In this document: one piece after another, positions 1 to 12,161 of the stretch
Numbering within the stretch: the first letter of the stretch is position 1
How the letters are laid out: each line of letters begins with the position of its first letter
Assembly (NCBI GenBank): GCA_051362555.1
Contig: CM120645.1
Location: forward strand, 19,840,001-19,904,000
DNA length: 64,000 nt
Direction: 5' to 3'
Source: Lingula anatina
Taxonomy: Eukaryota > Animalia > Brachiopoda
Notes under the pieces: generated by a model
The model's database searches: none
What the model was told of the DNA's origin: nothing
Seen by the model: only the letters and a program-made list of their open reading frames with translations
Made by a program: the position numbers and the translations under genes

Positions 1-360
1 ATCGCTCTTGTGCAATAGAAGTTAGAACTTTGCTAATATATGAAATTGTTCATTACTGTACAATACTGTATCCACAGTTGTATGTGTAGAGGTACATATG
101 CTTGCAAGTGTGTGAGAATCAGATAGATTGAGCCCAATAATTGGTCTAGAATCAAAATTTCAATCTACGTTCACCATCAAAAATCATAAGTGCACCTTAA
201 AATATTACCTTATAATAAGGTAATATTTTATCTGCACCAGTTATATTTAAAGACAGGCATTGCTAACATTTCATATCAACACTTACTGTATCTAAATGGA
301 CTACTAATGGTTTATCTTGAGCTGAAGTGAACCAATTTTGTTTTCTTTTAAGAAACTGAC

Positions 361-1107
361 CCTCTTACGCTTTCTAATTTCTACACAAGTCAACAACCAA
401 CTACAGAACTCCAACACAGCATCTGAATAAAAATCAAATAACAAATTTACAGGCAAACATTCAATTTTCCCAATTTTCAACGGATCTATGACGTGACCCC
501 AAAAGTAAAACAACCAAAATATTACACAGCAGGGGCAATATGGCATAGTGATCATATCTGGGGCATAAAAAGAGATGGGAGATAAGACCAACGGGTTAAA
601 TTTTCTGATGAATGCAATCTGTACCTGACATCTATGGCCTTATTCTAATAGGAGTAATTAATTAATATATATAATATAAAAGCTTTTTTGTCTCTTGGGT
701 AAAGGTATATGCACAGCATGCATTAGATGACAGCACCTAGGATTATTGTTATTCAATAACTATTATTGAAGACATCTTAAGTCTTCCATAATATATACAT
801 TCAAGCACTGGTAAAGGAGGGAGGGGGGGGGGGGGGGACAGAGAGTGCAATGTGGCTTTATCAATCAAAATACTACTCTCATGATCTGCAACATTGTAAA
901 ATATGTGATAAAGCATGCCTTTTTGAGATATCAAGGAACAAAATGAAAACCTTTATGTATAAGACTGCCTCCACATCTGAGTTGTCTCTCATACTGTGGT
1001 CAAACTTATTATCTATACATTTATATGACAGTTAAAAAGTATACTTATTTAGTCCCAGGTATAATCTTCTGCATAATGTACGTGCTGTACTTTGGGTCAT
1101 ATTTGTG
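361..1107 (-). CDS. Candidate micro-exon chain of an unidentified (membrane?) protein gene, probably continuing beyond both ends
   Basis: AG/GT-bounded, phase-compatible segments 1107-1082, 1012-951, 644-625, 557-526 and 422-361 join to TNMTQSTAHNKFDHSMRDNSDVEAVLYIKNKAIDVRYDHYAILPLLYAVLEFCSWLLTCVEIRKRKR (hydrophobic helix then basic stop-transfer-like patch). No family recognised with confidence. Confidence 0.35.
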
Positions 1108-2051
1108 CTGGTATCAAATATATAAGTTTCCATTTCAGACTTGCTTTTTGTTTCAGGTGTCTTAATTAATGTAAAAATAAATCAAGTTCGTTCTCCACTA
1201 TTTGAGAACCAACATATTATTATGGTAACAGATTATTTGCTGTCATTTTCTGCAGCCTTATTCCACTATTTACAGTTGAGTAAATATAAAAACTCCTGTT
1301 GTAGCCACAGACACTTCCGCCTTACTTTGTATTTATTTGACTTCCTCGTTATTAAGACATTAGTATAACTGTAACATCAAGTAGAGATTTTTATTTAATT
1401 ATTCATCCACATTGACAATGAGATGACTGGTATCAGTAAAAGGCAGCCCATTTACATCAGAAGATGTATGTGATCAAAATCTAAGCCTCTGTTAACATGT
1501 TTTGGCAGAGCATAAAACTAAACGCATAGAATGGACAAAAACAAAGATGAAATCTCATTTGGACAAAACGTTTCCTATGTAAGCTGAGCTGAGCCCATTT
1601 CTTGTGGTTTAGTTTTTTTCCTGGTGTTCACCCTCTTACTGCACCCATTGAAAATCATCCGAACACTACATCTATTCAAAATCAAAGAACTGGCTGCTTA
1701 CCCCCGAGTTTAACAGGCTTGATTTTATAAATGAAAGTGAAAATTCAGTGATAAGTATTCTCCTATGAACCAGGGAGTTATGGAAGATCCTAGAACCAGG
1801 GGGAATCTTGGAGAGAGGCACACTATTTAGCCTATAGCTCTGTCTCCCTATTCAGATTTCGAAGGATTTCACCAAAGAGACAATACACCTAGTTTTCAAT
1901 ACTTTGATACAGCTTATGATGTAACGACCAGAGACCACTTGCCTGTTGTTTTGTTCCACCATTCAAAGTCTAGAGAAATTTACCACCCACGCAAGAAGAT
2001 ACACTTCTCGCTGCATTACTTGGGCTAATGATGCCACCACTAGACATCAAG

Positions 2052-2218
2052 CAGGGGCGGATTTAGGCCATCTTCTGGGTCTTCCGGAAGACGGTCAGAT
2101 TTTCATGTTAACATTGACGGGTATCTAATTTTTTTGTCGGAAGACGGTCAAAAAAGAAGAATGGATCAACAAAGATAATTTGGAAGACTGTCAAAAAATA
2201 TCTCTGAAACCGCCCCTG
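2052..2218. mobile_element. Short MITE with CAGGGGCGG termini
   Basis: TIR CAGGGGCGG...CCGCCCCTG with 5-bp direct repeat TCAAG on both flanks. An inverted copy lies at 37367-37517. Confidence 0.7.
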
Positions 2219-2221
2219 TCA

Positions 2222-2535
2222 AGCAAGGGTGAGGCAAAAAGGGGAGAAGGGCCAGGATAGACAGCACGAACAGGTGGGTTGAAAAGGTAGATGGAGAGAG
2301 AGAGCATGTGGAAGGGGTGAGATGAAGCTTGAAGAAGAGTAGAAGGGTATGATGGCTGGATGGGATGAGACAGACCGAGTGGAAAGGAGACGATGGGTAA
2401 AGAGCAGAAGCGGGGTGGGGGGAAGGAGAGTAGAATGCAGGGTGAAGGGAAGTAGGGTAAGTAAAATGGGAGAAGGGGCATGTACTGTAGGTATAGGGTG
2501 AATAGAGATAGGGTGGGTGGAAGGAAAGGTAGGCT
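2222..2535. repeat. Purine-rich (G/A) low-complexity tract
   Basis: Strong G+A strand bias. It explains three overlapping Pro/Ser/Leu-rich spurious minus-strand ORFs. Confidence 0.7.
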
Positions 2536-3444
2536 TGGCAAGTAGTAATATCACTAGTGTCTCCTCTCAAAAACCAGGAATAAACAGCGAACAGTGATAA
2601 TGATAATGAATACCAATCTACCTACATCAATTATTGGATAAGAAACTATCAGTGATGACCCAGTATGATAACGGGAGTTTCCCATTCACTATGTATGATA
2701 ATTTTAAATAATGAATATTTTGATATAGTTGACAAATAAATCAACCTTTGTTTAAAAGGGGTGCTGAAAATATCACAAGGCAGACCACTTTTGTCTCTTT
2801 CTAAGGTTGTGGTCTAATATTTACAAGTCTAATGTCAAATATCAAGAGCAACTACTGAGAGAGTTTATAGTATTAAATAAACAGTTTTTTGTTATCTGTT
2901 ATACGGATGTTCTACCGAAGATACTCGAAACAATATCTCGAAAGTTTGAAAACATCCCTTAATTAATTACAGTTGAACACCTATAGAAATATTGAATAAA
3001 ACAGGCCGTGTTGACTATTTCAAACATCATGGTACACATTTCAATAGCATTAAGGAGTGGTTTTTATAAACCATTAGGATACGGGTAAAAACCGTTCGAC
3101 TTCATGCCTTCTCCACTCCGGAGTGAACAAATTTCTAATTTTACTAAAAGAGGTCGACAATAGCACCTGTTAGACTTAATCCATAGACTAAATAACCGCC
3201 ACACAAAGGAAAAATGTAGACAACATACAACATGACATAATCTGTTAAGTGTTGGTGTGAGTATTTCGATAGAACCTACCTCGGTGACTCGCCCCAAATG
3301 CTTTGAAGCTAAATTTGACGTCACGCAGCTTTAAACTGATCGGCAGTGTTACTAAAAATAAGTCGTATCCCAGGATGCATTTCAGACATGCGCATACAGT
3401 TTCAAAGAGCTTCCTTTTCCGGCTTTTGTGGGTTCCCACAAAAG

Positions 3445-3447
<3 letters not shown>

Positions 3448-3482
<35 letters not shown>
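3448..3482. repeat. (CT)n microsatellite
   Basis: Direct reading. Confidence 0.95.
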
Positions 3483-3485
<3 letters not shown>

Positions 3486-4029
3486 CAGGTTTTGTTACAA
3501 TATTTGATACACTTGATCTTATTTGATCGAGACTCTTCAATGAGTTTCGAAATGATGACAAAAGAGGGTGAGCACGGAAATCGTGCGGTGAAGCCCAAAG
3601 GTTTTCGTTGGAGATGATGGCAAGTCTTAACACAAACGCAGAAAGTAGCAATTCGAGGGCCGTTTGCACGGCACTCTTGCTGACTGCTGTTGAAACACGT
3701 TTGCTGATCCAACTTTTTAATTGAAAATGAAAGTATTCTGTGGGTAAATACGTATGTGTAATCTGTGTAGTCAGTACAGTGCATGTAATTCAAAACACAT
3801 CCTTTGCCTATATATTTTCTTCAAATTTACTATTCTTTCCCAATTAATTCAGATCTTTAAAACGACAAAGACCTTGAAATAAAGGTTGGAATTTTCCTCA
3901 ATGTCCGTCTAATTAGTGACTGGCCTTTAATTATCTCGATTCTCTGAAGACATTAGTCAGCTGGGTTCCTGCCAAAGTACTGGTAGGTAGGCTTCAGGCC
4001 CCCTATGCCAGACGCCAGGAACATCTTAA

Positions 4030-4368
4030 AGGGATAATAACTCTTCGTTTTGGCCAAAAAATGAATTTTCCTGGAGAAAACAACAATTTTCCCATACTAA
4101 CCAATGGTTATTTAATCCATTTTTACATTCAAAGTTAGTCCCTGGTTTTTTTTTCTAAAAAGTTTGTTTTTTTGTTATAATCTCTTAAGAGATTATAACA
4201 GAGTATAGCCATCAATGGAGGTCACATGGTCTAAAGACAAGCTCAGATATCAGAATAAAAGCTATAACTGCCGTTTTTGTGGTAAAACAGAATATATTAT
4301 ATTTCTATGAGTTGTTCACAATGTTTTTATTGTGAAATATAGATCTCATACGAAGAGTTATTATCCCT
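4030..4368. mobile_element. Non-autonomous TTAA-specific DNA transposon (Kolobok-like MITE), copy 1
   Basis: TTAA|AGGGATAATAACTCTTCGT...ACGAAGAGTTATTATCCCT|TTAA. A TTAA TSD with purine-starting termini fits Kolobok better than piggyBac. Close copy at 11823-12161. Confidence 0.85.
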
Positions 4369-4536
4369 TTAAGTGAAACGCACGTCTAGTGATTAGCAAG
4401 AATTTAAAGTTAATTTCAAATTTGTTCAGAAAAGTTCTTTTCGAAACATATTTAGATAACAAACGGACCTTTAAAAAACCGTAATGTGAAAAGAAAAAGG
4501 TTGGCATTTATTAAGAAGGATATATATATATATAAA

Positions 4537-4831
4537 TGTTACGCTCGCCAAATAGGCCTTTACCTTTTATAGGCCCTCGCACCGTTTACTCGCCCACACC
4601 GTTACCATCAGCCGTTACTACCTCCGCTTTCCTGCACCACTGCATGCGACCACCCCCTTGTTTAGCAGTTAGGCCTATCAGCAGAATATATAAGCCTACG
4701 TATCGCGGCCATCTGAGAAGTACTGTATCTATTTATGTTAGGACCTATTAATTATTAATTTTTTTCTTACATAAAGGAATAAAGCCAGTTTTGCTTAGTC
4801 ACGTCAGCTGAAAATAAGTTTGCATTCGACA
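4537..4831 (+). mobile_element. Possible solo LTR
   Basis: TGT...ACA ends, TATATAA at 4687 and AATAAA at 4778, GC-richer than flanks. No clean TSD. Confidence 0.3.
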
Positions 4832-6047
4832 TATCTAAAACCTATGGAACACCTGCCTAAGCGCCTGCCTTATAGGCTACATGTTTTTTTTTTTTTTTTT
4901 TTTCAGCCCAAAACAGAAAATTGCGAAGACGTTCGTTTACTCTGACCTATCATGCACATCTAGCGTATACATGTGTCAAAGTGACAAATAAGAACAATAT
5001 CTTAATGCAAAAAAACTTCTCAGACGCAAATATGTTATAACTTTCGAACTGTAAAATACGGGTCGTCAAACGAATTCTGAATCAGTGTGCGGTCAGGAGA
5101 ACACAACCATTGCCCGTATCGTGTAAAATATAGCGGTAAAGATGGGTAATGAGTCCATTACATTGTCCAGAGCAGATGGACGTACTTGTATACACTATAT
5201 AGCTACATGTATTTGTACCGTTAACACGCTTTCTGTAAAGCAGTATATACCGGGTGCATAATGCTACGAACTTGATCGTAAAATATTTCTGTAAACATTT
5301 GCCGATGAAATATCAATAGTTAGTATCAGCTGTACGATCCATGGATCATTATAGTCTAGTTTTTTTAATCCCTCTCGTATTAGAGGCAGGTGAGTTTTGC
5401 CCATGGACCCATTAAAAATACAATGTAAGGACACGAAAACGGGTCATAAATTTTTATTTTTTTCAAAATGATTTTGTTCACCCTGGCCATAAAAGTATAT
5501 TTTTATGTAATTTCCCAGAACATTTTACCTTTGAACACCATCAATCTATTGTGTTATAAACGGTCTATTCTCGATCACTTGCTGTATTTCTGTTTTTATT
5601 TGTATATAATGTTTGATATCGGTTGAAGGGCGGTTTTAGAGCGTATGTTTTATTGTTCTACACCATATCGATAACAATAGAATTTATATATCTAAGTATC
5701 ATGCTTATCTATCTCTCTTGTTTTTTTTTTTTTTTGTTTTTTTTTTTTTTTCCACTACAAAGTAAACTGAAAGCAATATGCTTTGAACTTGTAATTATAT
5801 TTCGGTCATACATATGCTGATTGCACAGCAGGTGATCGACAGTATGGATAAAAATTACACTATCTTCAATACAGAAAATTCGCCCCCGAAGTCTGTACAC
5901 ATTCTTATAGTGCAAGTTTTATAGGTTTTTAACATGCGCGGTTATTTGTATTAAAGTTTCCGTAGTAAACGATAATCATTTTTTGATACACCGAACGGCT
6001 TGTCTTGTTACTCTTTAATACGTGAAGTTCATAAAGATCCACACATC

Positions 6048-9000
6048 ATGTCTGGGTGCAAGAGGTGCATGTCTAGACTTTTTGAGATTTACCGAACAAA
6101 TCTCACAATACGACGTAAGTATAGATATTTGGAAGGTAGCCAAGTGGTTAATACATGTATAATAAAAAAGTTTTTTTGTTCTCCTGTAGTGGAATTTGCC
6201 GCTCTTATTCCCAAATCTTAATGAAAAAATTCGGTCCTTACCACAGTCTCGGTGGATAACTTACATTTTAACACGTGCCAACTGGATATTGCAAAATGTA
6301 CTTCAAAAGTAAAATTGGTGACCCTTTTCTAGTCTTCTCCATTTGCCTTTAATACAGCATGTGATGCCTTTTATGCAGCTTTTAAGGTCAGATGGGGGGG
6401 GGGGGAGGCACCGCACGTGCCCCATCCTTAGTTTTAGAATAGAGGCACCTCCTCTCCCTCTTGTCCTAAAGGAGCGAGATTCACTGATTCACTTTCCTGG
6501 AGAATGTAGAATTGAAAAATAAGCAATTCTGGATCCATTCTGAGGTTTGCTTTTTGAGAGAAAAGTAAATGAGAATCTGGAGTGTTTTTTTTTTTTTAAT
6601 TTATTTATTTATTCCGCAGGTTTGAAAATATTTTGCACAGTATCATTATTAGTTTCACTTGTGATATCCATTGTCCAATAATATTATTTACAGGCAGCAT
6701 CCAGAAAAGTGCATTAAGAACGACCAGTACAGTGGGTACAGACAGCAACAGCACAGCTAATGAGAGATGGGATTTGGTTAGTGCAGTTTGTGTAGAAAGA
6801 AGACCTGTGATTGGTCGTGAGAAGACTGAGTTAGAACAACAAGTGGAACAGATTTTCAGGGATATTGAATTTGAGAGAAGTTTGGTGTGCGACTATGAGA
6901 AAAGGCAAAAATCAGAGGAGTAAGTTTTCATTTTTTTTTTTTTTCCTCAACAAACCTGTTTCTGCCATTCTTTTGTTAACATAAAGTTAAAGCAATAATA
7001 ACTCTTCCTTTGAGATTCAAAATTCAGCAAGAAATACATTGTAAACAACGCATGGAAATATATTCTATTGCATTTTACCACTAAAACGGCCGTTATGGTA
7101 GTAAAACTAAAATCTGTGCTTGTCAATAGGGCTTTCAATGCCTTTCTTCCCGGTCGTCAAGGCATTCGTTGCCAATGACATTTGGGTGTCACGCGGATTC
7201 TTGCGTTCATTCGAGACCAAAATAACATGGCGCGGAACGACTGATGCGATCTGCAAACGTAAGTTGCGAGTCTTTGTACAGTGCGTCGGATAACGAAAAG
7301 CCCAGAATTGCACACATTGTAGATATAAATGCATTTTGAGCAATAAGACGAATATCTGATGAATCTTATATTATTGTTATAGAGTGTTGTTGTTGTCTTA
7401 AGCAGTTTTAAGTAGGTCACCAGAAAATATCGCTCAATATCGTGTGACTATGCAATGTCAGAGAGGGCTCCGTCAGTTAAAATCTCTTAAGAGATTTTAA
7501 TAAAAAACCAAACTTTTAGGGAAAAACCCTAGACTAACTTTGAATGCAGGAATGGGGTCGTTGACCATTGGTAAGTATGGGAAAAATTGCCGTTTACTCC
7601 AGGAAAATCCAATTTTTGGCCAAAACGGAGAGTTATTATGACTTTAATGGAGGGAGAGAGGGGGGGACTAGCAGTACACTTTACTTGCCAAACATGCATC
7701 AAACCTCTCTTTCACCTTGTATTTCTGATATAATGTAAAATATAAAACTAGATCATTTATCTGCTAATTTTTCAAAAATATTTGTCTCCGTGCCTACAGT
7801 GATATGATTGATGGATAAATGAATGTGAGTGATTAGCAATTAATGACAAGTTATTAACTTTACAGTTGCCATCATACAGTAAAATAACTGTAATTAAGCT
7901 TTGATGCATGGCTTTTTAACTGGGACTTATTTCACAAGAGAACCTGAGGATTGGTTTTTAAGTTAAATTCCAAAAATTTGGTCTAACAAATTCTTGGCTT
8001 TAAATGAAGGAAGAACTGGGGTGAAACATTAGTAGCATCTTTTACGTACTTCTATGTTTAAAACACACAGAGCATTACACATTGTTGACTGATACCGATT
8101 TATTTTGGGTAAAAATAGACTTACACCCCATTCTCATAGATTAGATCGACCTACATTGGATCGACCTAACTCCCTGGGGGTTCACGCTAAATGCGGACAC
8201 GAACACGCCGGGCGGACACGAAAGTTAATTACCCCTTATAGCTTGTAGTAGGCGGGGACGGACACTTAAGGCGGATTATCTGACAGTAATCTAGTGAGAC
8301 TCCCCGCGGTGATAGATCGATCTAAAAGTTGTGAGAACAGAGCCTAAGACCCCATTCCCATACCTAGATCAATCTAGCAGGATCGACCCATCTCCAAGGG
8401 GTTTCTTGCTAAATTGCATTCAGATTAAGGAGCTTAGATGTCTGGCACACCTACTGAAGCTGCTAAATGACAACGGAGCCGCTTAAGCTGAATAAAATTT
8501 AGAAATCCTTCGGAGATGCGTCAGTCCTGCTAGATCGATCTAGGTAAGGGAATGGGTTCTAAAAATTGCTTTAAAGTTAAGACTAATTACATGCATGGCT
8601 ACAGATGTTTTGTGAAAGGGGACCATATGAGTATTTTAAGGCTCTATTCCCATAGATTTTAGATCGATCTATCCCCGCGGGGAGTCTCACTAGATTACTT
8701 TCAGATAATCCGACTTAAATGTCCGTCCCGCCTACTACAAGCTGTAAGAGGGTAATTAACTTTCGTGTCCGCCCGGCTGACAGCTATTTAGCGTGAACCC
8801 CCAGGGAGTTAGGTCGATCTAAAGTAGGTCGATCTAATCTATGGAAATGGGGTGTAATTTTCTAAATGACTCTGTATTTCTCAGATTATTAAAAGAATCC
8901 TTTACGATACCAGAAAATGGTTTGCGTATGAGTTTCTAGTTCTGTCAGTTTGGTCATAGCTCACAATTTTCTCAAATAACGATAATTTTTTTGCTTTTTT

Positions 9001-10873
9001 TCTGTCACCAGGAAATATCTTGCTGCTCAAGAAGTGAAGAAGCAGGAGAGAATAAAGAAGGGGTTACAGGAGGTTGATGAAGAAGAGGAAGCTGTACATA
9101 GAAGGATACTATCTTCAGACTTAGAAAAGGCTTGGGCCAAAGAACTGGCATTTTTCACTCCAGCTGGTAGATTGACAGGCAAGTCGCACAAATCGAGGGC
9201 TAGATCTTAAGTTAGCAAGACTTAAACTTTCCTCGAAATCAACACAATTTTCCTTTTAAACCAGAAAGGTATATCGTATCCAAAATTGCTGACAAAACTG
9301 CCAATTTTACCAATAAGTATCTTGAATTGTAAGTTTAGAATTTTGGACCACTCTCATATATATAACAGAGATGAAAACTTGTGATTTTTTTTTTTTTTTC
9401 GTAATGTTCAAAATAGACATTAAGAACTTGTAAAAGAGCATATAGACTGAAATTTTGTCATTTTTGATAGGATGGTGATTGAGGGAAAATTGTGTAAAAT
9501 TCACATTAAATATAGCTATGTGAAGGACTTTAATTTAAGAACATCATGAACATATTATTTTTCACAGAAAGTAGGTATGCAGATACATAAAACTAGATAG
9601 CTAAAAAGATAAATTCATAAAAACATGGCCAAAGGTATGTTTAAAAACAGCATGACATTATTTATAATATATTCATTAGCACTTGCCAGGTATTTCAAAC
9701 ACATCACTTTCATACTAAAGGTAGTGTTAAAGCCAATTCTCAAAATTTAAAACTTTATCATTTTAAATTTATTATACTGCTGTTACTACATGTACGTGCT
9801 TTGATTATCCAGATGCAGATGCAAGGAATGACCTTCAGTCAATCGAGAGAAAATTGGACAGGTCTTTGTTCCTGATACTCCAACATAAGATTGATAATAC
9901 TACAAAATGGCTGTTTCCATACAGTGCCGTAAAAAGGAATGAAGACATGAAACAGGCAAGGAAAAACTGTGAATAACTTCGTGAACATAGCTGTATAAAA
10001 GTGACTGTATGTAGGGGTGGGGTTCTTTTTCCTTTTGGCTGAATTCCTCCTCTTTTTGTGAAATGTGAAATGGGACTTTGAAAGTGGCTGGGTTTGGTGT
10101 GAAATGATCAAAAATTGTTTAAATTCAGGAGAGGAAGAGGATTTTCTTCCTCTTTTAGCATGTTGCTGTGCCATCCCTGTATTATATATGCAAACAAGCC
10201 ACCTGGGTGCCACCTGGGTGCCACCAATCCAACTCTGTCACCATACACCATATCTATGAGGATTTGAGAGAAATTTAGTTGTGCAGATAAAGTCAAGAGG
10301 CAAGTAAATTTGACATCTAATCATCATTGTAGCTTCTTTACATGGGAAATGTATTTCACATTTTAGGCAGCAGGAAGAGCTCTTGGTGCGTCTTGTGGAC
10401 CAAACCTGCAAGCTGTCATCATTGGCAATGCTCCCTGTGGTTTCTTCAAGTTTAAATACCCAAAAGAGTTGAGAAGTGACATCGTAGGAGCCAAGGTAAA
10501 AATAACACATTTCAAGGTTGTTTACAATATGGTTAAGATGACTGTAGTTAAAAGTATTATTACATAAGTTGTTTTTTGTTGTTTTAGAGTCATGGCAATA
10601 ATTTGACATATCTACTCACTTAATATGCATATTTAAGAAATAATAATAATTATTATTATTTGATTGTGTGAATATTATGATTACTGCAAATTTTGTACAT
10701 TTTATTTATTTATTTTCCAGGTATTTTTCTTTCATGCTTATTTCTCTGGAGGACAGTTTTCACAAGAAAATCCAGATGTTACAGATTACAGATGGGTTAC
10801 AAAAGACGAACTTAAAGACTTCTTGCAGCCAAGATATTGTAATAGGGTGTCCAGATTTTTAATGGACATTTAG
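6048..10873 (+). CDS. MRPL46: Mitochondrial ribosomal protein L46 (mL46), 6 coding exons, 294 aa
   Basis: Exons 6048-6114, 6694-6919, 9012-9178, 9813-9955, 10367-10495, 10721-10873, all phase-consistent. Motifs WDLVSAVCVERRPV, IEFERSL, NDLQSIERKLDR, GNAPCGFFKFKYP, GAKVFFF and YRWVTKDELKDFL match mL46. Introns 3 and 4 modelled as GC-AG. Confidence 0.93.
6991..7643. mobile_element. Longer, diverged member of the TTAA/Kolobok-like family (inverted) in MRPL46 intron 2
   Basis: TTAA|AGCAATAATAACTCTTCC...GGAGAGTTATTATGACT|TTAA. 7476-7643 is reverse-complement similar to the left half of 4030-4368. Confidence 0.7.
8124..8344. mobile_element. PIF/Harbinger (Tourist)-like MITE
   Basis: Imperfect TIRs with AGATCGA subterminal motifs and TTA/TAA flanks. 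Inverted near-copy at 8640-8854. Confidence 0.7.
8348..8559. mobile_element. Related Harbinger-like MITE abutting the previous one
   Basis: TIR GACCCCATTCCCATACCTAGATCAATCTAGCAGG...CCTGCTAGATCGATCTAGGTAAGGGAATGGGTTC with TAA on both sides. Confidence 0.75.
8640..8854. mobile_element. Harbinger-like MITE, inverted copy of 8124-8344
   Basis: TAA on both sides and reverse-complement similarity to 8124-8344 over about 215 bp. Confidence 0.75.
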
Positions 10874-11822
10874 AAATTTAGAAGCAATTATTCCAAGTCA
10901 GTGCTATTAGCTCTGTCCTAGTGAAACGGTGATTGCAGAACAATTTGTAGTAAGAATAAGCCGGATTTCCTCAGATGGATGACTTTCCCTGGCATTTGCA
11001 TATAGAAAAGTTGAGGCTCTACTTGTACCAACAGCGCGGCACACTGTAGTCCATTAGCTAAACTAAGAACTCCACAATGGTACATTTAGGGACTGGTGGA
11101 GTGGGGATGGGAGGACACGCTATTCCCCATATCTGTGCTAAACATATACAGTGAAATTGTTATGGAAAAGCAAAGAAAATGTTGTGACCTGTTATGACCA
11201 TCAGGAATGTCACACACACCCAAGTGAAGTAAAGCGCTATTTCCTACCATGTGAACATTAAAAATAACAATAAAACTAAAATGAACAATTGGAATAAAAT
11301 TCTAACGAATTTTATTGCTATTTACTGATGCAATTATGAACATATACAATGAAACAGATCAGCCTTTATCCTAAAAGAGCAACAAAGTGCCTCACTGTAA
11401 CCCAGTATCGAAGATTTCCATCACCACAATTCTCCGGCTAATGAACGGTGTCAATATTTTAATATTATATGACATATAGCTTGATAAAACAATGAGGAGA
11501 CTATTTTTGTTCCCTTCCAATTTCCTTTGCAAAGTGACTTAGCAAGTTCATTCGTCACTGCCTACTAACGTAATCTTCTAAAAAGAAAAAATATTCAAAT
11601 TTTTAAAACAGTGAAAGAAACGTTTTTGTTTGTGTTCTGTCTATCGCGATCGTCAATTATGTTTTATTCACACCGTTCTCGATAATTTCAGATATCACGT
11701 AAGGCGCATAGCCACTAGTCCGACGCCCGAGGCCAGTAAAATTTCGTAAAATTTGGTGTATTTTTCAATATGTGTGAATTTAGTGGTCCGTCATGGCCAG
11801 TAGATGTTTTTCCTTAAATTAA

Positions 11823-12161
11823 AGGGATAATAACTCTTCGTTTTGGCCAAAAGAAATTAATTTCCCTGGAGTAAACAACAATTTTCCCGTACTTACCAAT
11901 AGTTAATGAATCCATTTTTACACTCAAAGTTATTCCCTGGTTTTTTCCTAAAAAGTTTGTTTTTTTGTTAAAATCTCTTAAGAAATTTTAACAGAGTATA
12001 GCCATCAATGGAGGTCACGTGGTCTGAAGACAAGCTCAGATATCAGAATAATAACTATAACTGCTGTTTTTGTCATTAAACAGAATATATTATATTTCTA
12101 TGAGTTATTCACAATGTTTTTATTGTGAAATATAGACCTCATACGAAGAGTTATTATCCCT
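11823..12161. mobile_element. TTAA/Kolobok-like MITE, copy 2
   Basis: Same perfect TIRs and TTAA TSD as 4030-4368, with a colinear internal sequence. Confidence 0.85.

Noticed and set aside
2166-2570. Three overlapping Pro/Ser/Leu-rich ORFs
   Set aside because: Artefact of a pyrimidine-rich strand lacking stop codons.
3489-3760. Plus-strand exon-like segment after the (CT)n tract
   Set aside because: Stops occur in all frames and no family is recognisable.
3000-6047. MRPS11 head-to-head with MRPL46 as in human
   Set aside because: No uS11 motifs seen upstream on the minus strand.
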